The position numbers and the translations under genes were made by a program. A stretch of DNA of 64,000 nucleotides from Anaeramoeba ignava BMAN (lineage: Eukaryota; Protista; Anaeramoebae): contig JAPDFW010000065.1 of NCBI GenBank assembly GCA_028826165.1, positions 310,001 to 374,000 of the forward strand. Reading direction: 5' to 3'. Position 1 is the first letter of the stretch, and every line of letters starts with the position of its first letter. This document shows, one piece after another, positions 27,697-39,116 of this stretch. Under the pieces are notes generated by a model. It ran no database searches. It worked only from the letters and a program-made list of their open reading frames with translations, and was not told where the DNA came from.

Positions 27697-28236
27697 TTTG
27701 TTTTTTTTTTGGATAATTCAAAAAAAAGAAAATAATCAAAAAAACAAGAAATAAAATTTTTTCTAACTTTTTTAGAAAGAAAGAAATGATTTGAGAAAAA
27801 ATAAAACAAAAAAATTAAAATTTATTTGATCATTTAACTATTATTTTTTATTTTGATTTTATCCCCTAAAGAATTTTGTTTTTGAATTTTTTAAAGAATG
27901 TAAATGAGAAAAATTTATTTGCTTTTAATTTTGTTTTTAATTTTGTTTTTAATTTTGTTTTTAATTTTGTTTTTGATTTTGTTTTTGATTTTGTTTTTAA
28001 TTTTGTTTTTGAATTTTGTTTTTAATTTTGTTTTTAATTTTGTTTTTAATTTTGTTTTTAATTTTGTTTTTAATTTTGTTTTTAATTTTGCTTTAATTTT
28101 GTTTTTAATTTTGTTTTTAATTTTGTTTTTAATTTTGTTTTTAATTTTGTTTTTGATTTTGTTTTTAATTTTGTTTTGAATTTTGTTTTGAATTTTGTTT
28201 TTAATTTTGTTTTTAATTTTGTTTTTAATTTTGTTT

Positions 28237-29472
28237 TTAATTTTCTTTGTTTCGAATTTCTGTTGAAGAAATATCAAGTCTAAATTCTTCTTCATTTATT
28301 CCAATAAATAAACTTCTCAAAGCAAGTGGAATTTGATCCATATGATTTTCAAGTGAGAAAAATTCATTTTCCATAAATCTTCCACCAATAACAAATTTAC
28401 AACCATTTTGAGCAATTTCCAAAAATGAAGAATACATTTCTTCTTGATTAGAATAGTATTTCAAATCAAATAATCTGATAAAAGTATCATAACCCAAAAC
28501 AAAATAACTAGAAGGATATATTCTTGATTTCTCAACAAAACGTGCATGATTTGTAACAGCAAAAGCAATTTGTTTTTCTTTAAATTGTTGGGATCTTTTA
28601 TTCAATTCTTCCAAACTCAACGGTTTTTTATCCACATTTTTAATTCCTGATTCAAAAATAATTTCTGTTTTTTTGCCTGTTATTTTTCCAATTTTTTTTG
28701 CAGCAACTTCAATAAGTGATAAATGACCCGAATGCAAAGGATTAAAAGAACCTGAAATGACTAAATAAACAGGATCAGAATCAATTAAAGGAGTTGATGG
28801 GAATTTAGATGAAAGAAGAGCTGGTTCTGCATCCTTTGAATTTTGGAAAGGAAAATAAACAATATTTAAATCACCATCAATAATTCTTTCAATAAAATTC
28901 TTATGGAAAATCTCAGTTTTCTTTGGATATTCACTCTCTTCAATTTTGGAATAAAGAATTTTTTCAATTTTGTCTTTTTGTTCTTGACAATTTTTACTAA
29001 TTGATAAAACTAAATATAAATTCAACAAACTAACAATAAATTCTTCTTCAATTCGATTTCTTTTTCCTTTCACAAAAATGATTTGAAATAATAAAGCTTT
29101 TTCTTGATTATAACCACAACATATTGTATGATGAGGACCTTTTTTAGGTCTTCCAGTTGCTATTGCTCCTGTTGATCCAATTCCAACAATATTTTCAGGT
29201 TGATTTATTGAAATTAATTGACCTCTTTCAAATGCATTTTTTGCAAAAGCTATTGCTACTTCATTGGATACAAAATTTTTTGGAAAAAATCCACAATAAC
29301 TTATTGTTGATCTCATTGCATATGGAAAATTATATTCTATCATCGTTTTAGATGAGTTTTCTACTGAATAAAGCCATCCTCCAAATGTTGATCCAGCTCC
29401 TGTTGAATGTATTACTAGTTTTGTTGGTGATTCGTCATGAAGATGTGATATTGCTTTATTAATTTCTTCCAT
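28237..29472 (-). CDS. CinA-like N-domain + HIGH-type nucleotidyltransferase (NMNAT/cytidyltransferase-like)
   Basis: TGAGS..SKTMIEYNFPYA..VSNEVA..GIGSTGAIATGRPKKGPH, then GSFNPLHSGH, NVDK, FVEKS, GYDTFIRL and DISSTEIR. Confidence 0.8.
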   Translation of the reverse strand: MEEINKAISHLHDESPTKLVIHSTGAGSTFGGWLYSVENSSKTMIEYNFPYAMRSTISYCGFFPKNFVSNEVAIAFAKNAFERGQLISINQPENIVGIGSTGAIATGRPKKGPHHTICCGYNQEKALLFQIIFVKGKRNRIEEEFIVSLLNLYLVLSISKNCQEQKDKIEKILYSKIEESEYPKKTEIFHKNFIERIIDGDLNIVYFPFQNSKDAEPALLSSKFPSTPLIDSDPVYLVISGSFNPLHSGHLSLIEVAAKKIGKITGKKTEIIFESGIKNVDKKPLSLEELNKRSQQFKEKQIAFAVTNHARFVEKSRIYPSSYFVLGYDTFIRLFDLKYYSNQEEMYSSFLEIAQNGCKFVIGGRFMENEFFSLENHMDQIPLALRSLFIGINEEEFRLDISSTEIRNKEN

Positions 29473-29619
29473 TTTATTTATTTTTAAAGAAGAAGAAAAA
29501 ATTAAAAAATGAAAAATTAAAAATTAAAAAAATTTTTTTTCTCAATTCGAAATTAAATGAGAATATTTAAATAATTTTTTTTCTCAATTCGAAATTAAAT
29601 GAGAATATTTCATAAAATT

Positions 29620-30185
29620 AAATAGAAAACAATATTTTGAAATAAATTATTTAAATTTAATAAATTAAAATAAAAGTGGAACATTTTATTTGATTAAATA
29701 AAAAATATTAATTTGAAATAATTTATTTAAATTTATTAAATTAAAATAAAAGTGGAATATTAAATAATATTAAATAAAATTAAATAGAAAATAATATTTT
29801 GAAATAATTTATTTAAATTTAATAAATTAAAATAAAAGTGGAACATTTTATTTGATTAAATAAAAAATAATATTTTGAAATAATTTATTTAAATTTAATA
29901 AATTAAAATAAAAGTGGAATATTAAATAATATTAAATAAAATTAAATAGAAAATAATATTTTGAAATAAATTTATTTAAATTTAATAAATTAAAATAAAA
30001 GTGGAACATTTTATTTGATTAAATAAAAATATTAATTTTGAAATAAATTATTTAAATTTATTAAATTAAAATAAAAGTGGAATATTAAATAATATTTCAT
30101 AAAATTAAATAGAAAATAATATTTTGAAATAATTTATTTAAATTTAATAAATTAAAAATAAAAGTGGAACATTTTATTTGATTAA
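29620..30185. repeat. Tandem repeat, ~162-bp dimeric unit with alternating GTGGAAC / GTGGAAT cores
   Basis: GTGGAA at about 29675, 29752, 29837, 29913, 30001, 30077 and 30163, with alternating ~76/86-bp spacing. Confidence 0.85.
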
Positions 30186-31233
30186 ATAAAAAGAAGAAAA
30201 GATTAATTATAAAAATTATTAATTAAATAAAAAAATTTTTCATTAAATTTTTAGAAAATATTAAATAAAATTATAAATAAATTATAAATTAAATTATAAA
30301 TTAAATTATAAATAAAATTATAAATAAAATTATAAATAAAATTATAAATAAAATTATAAATAAAATTAAATAAAATTATAAATTAAATTATAAATAAAAA
30401 TTATAAATAAAATTATAAATTAAAATTATAAATAAAATTATAAATAAAAATTAAAAAAAATATAAAATAAAAATATAAATAAAATTAAAAATAAAATTAT
30501 AAATAAAATTATAAATTAAATTATAAATTAAATTATAAATTAAATTATAAACAAATTATAAATAAAATTATAAATAAAATTATAAATAAATTATAAATAA
30601 AATTATAAATAAAATTATAAATAAAATTATAAATTAAAATTATAAATTAAAATTATAAATAAAATTAAAAAAAAAATTATAAATTAAAATTAAAAATTAA
30701 AATTATAATAAAATTATAAATAAAATTATAAATAAAATTATAAATAAAATTATAAATAAAATTATAAATAAAATTATAAATAAAATTATAAATAAATTAA
30801 AAATAAATAAAATTATAAATAAAATTATAAATAAAATTATAAATAAAATTAAATTATAAATAAAATTATAAATAAAATTATAAATAAAATTATAAATAAA
30901 ATTATAAATAAAATTATAAATTAAATTATAAATTAAAATTATAAATAAAATTATAAATAAAATTATAAATAAAATTATAAATAAAATTATAAATAAAATT
31001 ATAAATTAAATTATAAATAAAATTATAAATTAAATTATAAATAAAAATATAAATAAAATTATAAATAAAATTATAAATAAAATTATAAATTAAATTATAA
31101 ATAAAATTATAAATTAAATTATAAATTAAATTATAAATTAAATTATAAATTAAATTATAAATTAAATTATAAATTAAATTATAAATTAAATTAAAATTAA
31201 AATCAAAATTAAAATTATAAATTAAATTAAAAG

Positions 31234-31882
31234 CCAAAACAAATAAGAACAGCTAAAGAATTTATGGCAAGAGCTGATAAACCTGATGCAAAAAGTAATT
31301 TTAATAAAAAATTTAATATTTTTTTTTTCAAAACAAAATTAAAATTAAAATAATAAATAAAAAAATTATTTAGAAATTCTCATCAAGAAATTAAAATCAG
31401 GAGGATCTAAATTTAAACTTAGATGCAGTAGATATCTTTATACTCTTAAAATTAAAGGAAAATCACAAGCTCAAAAACTTAGATCATCACTTCCAGCAAG
31501 TAAATTATAAAATAAAATTATAAATTAAATTATAAATTAAATTATAAATTAAAATTATAAATAAAATTATAAAATAAATAAAATTATAAATTAAAATTAT
31601 TAAAATTAAAATTAAAATTAAAATTAAAATTAAAATTAAAATTATAAATTAAAATTAAAATTAAAATATAAATTAAAATTAAAATTAAAATTATAAATAA
31701 AATTATAAATAAAATTAAAATTAAATTATAAATTAAAATTATAAATTAAATTAAAATTATAAATTAAAATTAAAATTAAAATTAAAATTAAAAATAAATT
31801 TAAATTAAAATTAAATATAAATTAATTAATTTGTTTTGTTTTATTATTTCTTTTAGAATTACAAGTTACTGAATTGAAATGA
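31234..31882 (+). CDS. RPL38: 60S ribosomal protein L38 (ATG-only first exon not found)
   Basis: Exons 31234-31294, 31374-31499 and 31857-31882 give PKQIRTAKEFMARADKPDAKKILIKKLKSGGSKFKLRCSRYLYTLKLKGKSQAQKLRSSLPAKLQVTELK*. Confidence 0.9.
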
Positions 31883-32097
31883 ATTTAAAAAACATTTTAT
31901 TTCATAAATCTTCATCATTTTTTAAAATAATTTTGATATCGTTACAAAATTTAATTCAGTTTCTTCTTTTAAGTTTACTTTTACTTTTTAAAACATTTTA
32001 AAATCAAAAAAAAATTTTTTCAATAAAGATAATAAATCAAATTAAATTTTTTTATTTTTCATTTTTTTTCATTTTTTTTAAATTATTTTTTTTTTAA

Positions 32098-35000
32098 ATG
32101 GGACTTGAAAAATATTTTAAAACAAATCCAACAAAAGAACAATTATTAAAAAAATTAGAGTAAACAAATTAAAAATTGAAATAAAAATTGAAAAAATTAA
32201 ATTAAAAAAATTTAAAAAAATTTAAAAAAGAGCTTCATTTAAAATTCTTCAAAAAAATCAAGTATATAATGGACTTAATGGAAAAGTAATTGTTCTTGAA
32301 CTTAAAACAATTGCTGAAATACTTATTTGGGGAGATCAACATAAAATTGATGTTTTTGAGTAAATTAAAAAAATTAAAAATTAAAAATTTAAAAATCAAA
32401 ATTTAACTTTTTTTTAGTTGGTTTTTTGAAAAGAATATTTTTGAATATTTTATGAAATTTTTACATTCAAAAACTCCAGCATTAATTAATAGAGAAATTA
32501 TGCAAACTTTATCAATTCTAATTGAAAATATTACAAAACCAAAAACACTTCAAAAATTAATAACATCAAATAATATTAACAGAATAATTGTTCATAATTT
32601 TAATTTTAATGATGAAGAAGTTGTTTCTTATTATATTTCTTTGCTTAAATCACTTTCTTTAAAGCTTAATGAAGAAAATATTCATTATTTTTTTGATCAA
32701 GTAGAATTACAAAAAAAAATAATTAATTTAAATTCAAATTAAAATTCAAAATTTTTTAAATTGAATTTTAAAACAAAACAAAAAAATATATTTTAGAAAA
32801 CTCAAAATTTTTTATTATATTCACAAGCTGTAAGATTTTTTAAAAATGAAGAACCTCTTGTAAGAATTGCTGTTAGAACAATAACTTTAAATATATTTAG
32901 AGGTGATTATTTATTTTTCCGATTTTGAATTTTTAAAAATTTTTTAATTTAAAATTTTTTTTGATAAAGTTAATTCAAAAGTTGTTACAGATTATGTAAT
33001 GTCTGAACATTCGCCTCCTTATTTTAGGCATTTTACAAGATTAATATATCGTCAAGCATTTAATATTCATAATTCAATAAAAAAAGCAAAGTAAATAAAA
33101 TTAAAAAAAAAATATATCATTTAATAATCTTTTTAATTTAATTTATAAAAATCAAAAAGTACAAAAAAATTAAGAGATTTGGATACAAAAATGTTTCTTC
33201 AATTAGATAATATTTATTATCTTTCTGATATTCTTAATTTGGAAAATTCTCATTTGAATTTATATTTATCAGATAATTTAATGGAAAATTTATTTAACAA
33301 AATTATAGATGTTATTAAAAATAAAGAGGATAATGATATATTTATAAATGAAGAAGAAATCAAAAATGAAGAAGAAAATAAAAATCAATTTATTCCAGAA
33401 ACTCCTAAAAAATCAAAAGGATTTAAATTTTGGAGATTTTCAAATAAAAAATCAAAACAAAAACCAAAATCAATATTAAATGAAAATGAAAATGAAAATC
33501 AAATAGAAAATGAAAACGAAAATGAAAATCAAAATGAAAATCATTATAAAATAATAAAAAATCAAGTGAGTTTATTAAATTAAATTATTTGGAAAAAAAA
33601 TACATTTATGAAATGAAATTATAAAAAATTTTTTTTGGATTTAAACAAAAAAAAAGGAACCATTAAGAAAATTAGTTGCATTTTCATTATTAATTCAAGC
33701 TTTTCATGTAATTAAATGTGATGTTGTTACAAAAAGAATGTTTCTTTCAATTTTTGAAGAAGATTTTAATAATAATAATTTTAATGAAAATGAAAATGAA
33801 AATGAAAATGAAAATGAATCAAAAAAAGAAAATCAAAATTCATTAAAAAGAAATATTTCAACTAAATTAGATTTATCAGATTTATTTATTGAAACAGAAA
33901 ATAATTCAAATCAAAATCAAAATCAAAATCAAAACCAAAATATAAATTTATTGGAAGAATCATTTAATCAAGAAAAAAGAAATTTTATTCAAGAATTTAT
34001 TAATAAAATAACAAATAATGTTTTGGATAAATTCAGATTAAAACAAAAAGAAAAATTACAAAATATTTTAAAGGATGATTTAATAATACAAGAACATAAT
34101 TCAACTGTAAAACAAATTGTTTCATATTTTGATATTCAAGATGAAAGATATTTATTATTTACAATTTGTTTATTTTTTGCAATTTGCAATAATAACTGTA
34201 AATTTTATTATTTTCTAACAAAATATAAATATATATAATTTTCAACTTTTAAATCAATCAATCAATCAAAAAAAAAAGCAATTCCAAAACATTTATTAAA
34301 GAAATATAATTTATTATCAGCAAAACATTATGATTCTGAATCATTATTAAATTCTTTAAGTGATATTCAACAAGAAAATTTAGATGAAAACATTGAAGTG
34401 GATTCAACACAATTTAAAAAACTTTATTATCCAGATTGGTTAATTGAAAAATTATTTAAAGTTTTTTTTATAAGACCATTTTGTTCATTACCAATATATC
34501 AAGTTTCAGTTAAATTAATACTACATTTAGTTTATATAAATCAAAGCAAACCTCCATTTTTAAAAGAATCTCATGCAAAAATTCTTAATGTATTCAAAAA
34601 AAAAACATTTTCAATTAAATATATTCAATTATATTATTATTATTATAATAAATAGGAAGCTTATCGTTTAGTTTCTCAAGAATTAAGTTATCATTTAGAT
34701 GAATCAGGAATGGTTTTTTATATTTTTGAAAATGAATATTCACAAATAAAAAAGAAATTATTTTCATTTGAAAAATTGATTAGCAATCCATTATTTTTTC
34801 TTCCTATTAAAAGTTCTGATGTTGAAATTGGTATTTTTTTTATATAAAAAAAAGAAATCAATCAAAAAAATCAATAAAATCAAAAAATCAAAAAATAAAA
34901 ATAGATTTAGATAATCGAAATGCAAATGATATTCAAGAACATGTTATAAAAATTTGTCAAGTATTTTTAATTATAAGAGATCTTAGAAATATTTTATTTG

Positions 35001-35551
35001 GAAAAAAAGAAAATAAACTTCCATTTAAATTTCAACCAAGAAGAAAAATTAAAGTTGGAGAAAAAATTGAATTTAATTCAAATGAATTTATACCTTGTTA
35101 TATTAAAGAAAATGAAGAAGATTTATGGAAAAAGAAAATTATTATATTTAAAAATGGATATTTAATTTTTGTTAAATTTATTAAGAAACATCCATCAGTT
35201 GATGAAATTTATGATTTAGAAAAATCAACTTTTAAATCTTTTGATGCAGAACAATCAATAGCTTTTTTTTTTGAAAAGGAAATTGTTAAAGTTTATTTTA
35301 AAGATTTAGCTTTTTTTAATATTTCTGTTCAAACAACAAAACAACAAATTTTAAATTTACTTGAAGAAAAATTAAAAAAGTTGAATGATTTAATTAATGA
35401 AAGTTTAAATCCAAATGAAAATCCAAATCAAAATCAAAATCTAATTCAAAATACAATTCAAGATCAAATTGAAATTCAAGTTCAACTTCAAATTCAAAAT
35501 CTAAATCAAAATCAAAATCAAAATCAAAATCAAAATCAAAATCAAAATTAA
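32098..35551 (+). CDS. CLEC16A/GOP-1/TT9-like FPL-domain protein
   Basis: Multi-exon gene containing LKTIAEILIWGDQH..FEKN..MQTLSILIENI..FNFNDEEVVSYYISLLKSLSLKLN..EEPLVRIAVRTITLNIF. Confidence 0.85.
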
Positions 35552-35898
35552 AATCAAAATCAAAAAATTAAAATTTCAAAATCAAAATCAAAATCAAAAT
35601 TAAAAATCAAAATCAAAAAGAAAAAAAATCAAAATTAAAATGAAAAAATTCTTTAAAATAAATTCAAAATCAAATCAAAATCAAAATCAAAATCAAAATC
35701 AAAATCAAAATTAAAATCAAAATCAAAATCAAAATTAAAATTTAAAAATTTATTTATCAATTTAAAACAAAAAGAAAAAGAATGAAAGAAAGATTGATTC
35801 TTTTTTTTAAAAAAGAAATTTGAATTTTAGATAATTTTTCTTTCTTTTTGAAAGATTGTTTTCTTTTTTTTTTATTGAAAAAAATTTTATTTTTTTCT

Positions 35899-36642
35899 TT
35901 AAATGATAAATTTAAATATCATTTTCTTTCTTTCTTTTTTGTCTTCTTTTTTTTGATTTATTTTCATTTTCATTTAATTCTTCAATAAATATTTGATTTT
36001 CATTTTGATTTTCATTTTGATTTTCATTTTTTATTTTCATTTTCATTTTCATTTTCATTTTCATTTTCATTTTCATTTTCATTTGATTTTCTTTTTCATT
36101 TTCATTTTGATTTTCATTTGATTTTCATTTTCATTTTCATTTTCATTTTCATTTTCATTTAAAGGAACTAAAGTAAAATTCTTTTTAAAATTTAAAATAT
36201 AATTTATTTAAAATAATTTTTTGATTTAATTTCAAATTAAATTTTAATTTTTAATTTACAAGTTTTATAAATGGTTCATTTTCTTTAATATTTCCTTCTA
36301 TTAAAACTGATTTTGGATCTTCTTTCCATTTTTTTTCTAATTCTTTATTAGATTCTTTAAAAATTGGTATAAAATTTTGAAGTTTTTCAAGAACTAAAAA
36401 TTTTTTTTAATTTTTATATTATTTAATTTTATATCATTTAATTTTATCATTTTCATTTAATTATTCTCATTTAATTATTTTCATTTTATTTTACCATTGC
36501 TTTTTTGTTTAGTCATATTTGGTTTTTCTTTTTTCTTTTGATTAATAATTAAAATTGATTTATTTTCATTTTTATTTTCATTTTTATTTTCATTTTTATT
36601 TTTATTTGATATTTCAAGTAAATCATTTGATTCTTTTTTCAT
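35899..36642 (-). CDS. Small protein, NOPCHAP1/DUF4598-like
   Basis: Three exons give ..VLEKLQNFIPIFKESNKELEKK..VLIEGNIKENEPFIKL..(NE)n..IFIEEL, which resembles the LxxxxxFLPxxxxAN..IE..I.M..IEEL pattern. The 3' end is approximate. Confidence 0.5.
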
Positions 36643-37541
36643 TTTAAAAAGAAAGAAAAAAATGAAAAATGAAAAATGAAAAAATTAAAAAAATTAAAAA
36701 TAAAATGTGGAATAAAAAGTGGAATAAAATTATAAATAAAATTATAAATAAAATTATAAATAAAAAAAAAATATAAATTAAATTATAAATAAAATTATAA
36801 ATAAAATTATAAATTAAATTATAAATAAAATTATAAATTAAATTAAGTAAATAAAATTATAAATAAAATTATAAATAAAAAATAAATTAAATTATAAATA
36901 AAATTATAAATAAAATTTATAAATAAAATTATAAATAAAAATATAAATAAAAATTATAAATAAAAATATAAATAATAAAATAAATTGTTCTTAAATAAAA
37001 ATAAAATATAAATAAATTATAAATAAAATATAAAAATTATAAATAAAATTAAAAAAATAAAATTATAAATAAAAATAAAATTATAAATTAAAATAAATAA
37101 AATATAAATAAAATATAAAAATAAAATTATAAATATAAAATAAAATGAATAAAATTATAAATAAAATTATAAATAAAATTATTATAAATTAAAAATTAAA
37201 ATTATAAAAAATAAAATAAAAATAAAAATTATAAATAAAATTATAAATAAAAGTGGAATAAAAATATAAAAATAAAATTATAAATAAAAATATAAATAAA
37301 ATTATAAATAAAATTATAAATAAAATTATAAATTAAATTATAAATAAAATTATAAATAAAATTATAAATAAAATTATAAATAAAATTATAAATAAAATTA
37401 TAAATAAAAAGTGGAATAAAAAGTGGAATAAAAAAAATCGTTAAATTTTTTAATTAAATTTTTTATTTAAATTAAAATAAATTATCGGTTAAATTAGTTA
37501 AATTTTTTTATTTATTTTTATTTTTATTTTTATTTTTAAAA

Positions 37542-38471
37542 ATGAAACAAAGAAAATTTAAAAATAATTTAAAAGATTTTGATTCAATAACAGAAAATTT
37601 TAATTTCTCTCAAATAAATGAAGAATCTATTGATGAAATTGATGAAATTGATGAAAATGATTTAAATTCAAATAATACAATTAATTTAAATTTCTTTTCA
37701 AAAAAAAATAAATTTCAAACTCCAAAATTATTAAATCAAAATAATCCAAAAAAGAAAAAGAAAATAAATGAATTATCAAAAGCTCAACTTAATTTAGAAA
37801 TGTATAATCAAAAAATAATTAAAATGAATTCTGAAATTGAAATTTTAAAAAATGAAAAAAATCAATTTGAAAAACAAATTTCAACTTCTTTAAAAGATAA
37901 TCAAAATATTATTAATCAATTCTTGGAAATTATCAATAATTTTGGAAATCAAAAAGAAATTCAAACATTTTCAAATGTATCTTTTTATGATATTGATGAA
38001 AAAACTTGGAAAAAATTAATTCAAAAATTTAAAAAAAAAATTCAACAAAAACAAAATTTTAAAAAAACAAATCAATTAAATTTAAAAAAATTTTCAAATG
38101 AATTGAAAGAATTGAAAGAAATTTCCAAAAAATCAAATCAAAATCAAAATCAAGAAAATGAAATGAGAAAAATTAATGAAATTGAACAAAAAATTCAAAT
38201 TCTTAAAATGGAAAAAGAAAAATCAAAAATAAAATATTCTCAACTTCAAAAAGAAAAACAAAAAATTATTGAAAAAAAAGAAGAAAATATTGAAAAACAA
38301 AAAAATTTAAAGAAATTAGCAAGAAAAAATAAAGTTTCAATTCAAAAAATGAATGAAATGAATGAAAATAAAGAATTTAAAGAATTATCAAAATCTTTTG
38401 AAAGAATTGAATTATATGTTAAAAGATTTGAAAATATTCAAGAAAGTGGGAAAATAATTGAAAATTTATAA
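37542..38471 (+). CDS. Hypothetical coiled-coil protein
   Basis: 309-aa K/E/Q/N-rich ORF with heptad character. Confidence 0.6.
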   Translation: MKQRKFKNNLKDFDSITENFNFSQINEESIDEIDEIDENDLNSNNTINLNFFSKKNKFQTPKLLNQNNPKKKKKINELSKAQLNLEMYNQKIIKMNSEIEILKNEKNQFEKQISTSLKDNQNIINQFLEIINNFGNQKEIQTFSNVSFYDIDEKTWKKLIQKFKKKIQQKQNFKKTNQLNLKKFSNELKELKEISKKSNQNQNQENEMRKINEIEQKIQILKMEKEKSKIKYSQLQKEKQKIIEKKEENIEKQKNLKKLARKNKVSIQKMNEMNENKEFKELSKSFERIELYVKRFENIQESGKIIENL

Positions 38472-39116
38472 ATTCCAAAAAATCAAAAAAAAATCAAAAA
38501 AAGTGGAACAAAAACAAAAAAAAACAAAAAGTGGAACAAAAAATAAAAATAAAAAGTGGAAGTAAAAAAAAATTTTTCTTTTCATTTTTAAAAAATAAAA
38601 AAAAAATTTTTCAATTAAAACAAAAATGATAATTTAAATTGAAAATTTTTTTTTTAAAAACGGAACAAAATTTAAAAAGTTTCAATTATAATTTTTAATT
38701 TTAATTTTAATTTTTTTTAATTTTAAATTTTAATTTTAATTTTAATTTAAATTTTAATTTTTAATTTTAATTTTAATTTTAATTTTAATTTTAATTTTTT
38801 AATTTTAATTTTAATAATTTTAATTTTAATTTTAATTTTAATTTTAATTTTTTAATTTTAATTTAATTTTTTAATTTAATTTTAATTTTAATTTTAATTT
38901 AATTTTAATTTTAATTTTAATTTTAATTTTAATTTTAATTTAATTTTAATTTTAATTTAATTTTAAATTTAATTTTAATTTTAATTTTAATTAATTTTAA
39001 TTTTAATTTTAATTTTTAATTTTAATTTTAATTTTAATTTTAATTTTAATTTTAATTTTAATTTTAATTTTAATTTTAATTTTAAATTAATTTTAATTTT
39101 AATTTTAATTTTAATT

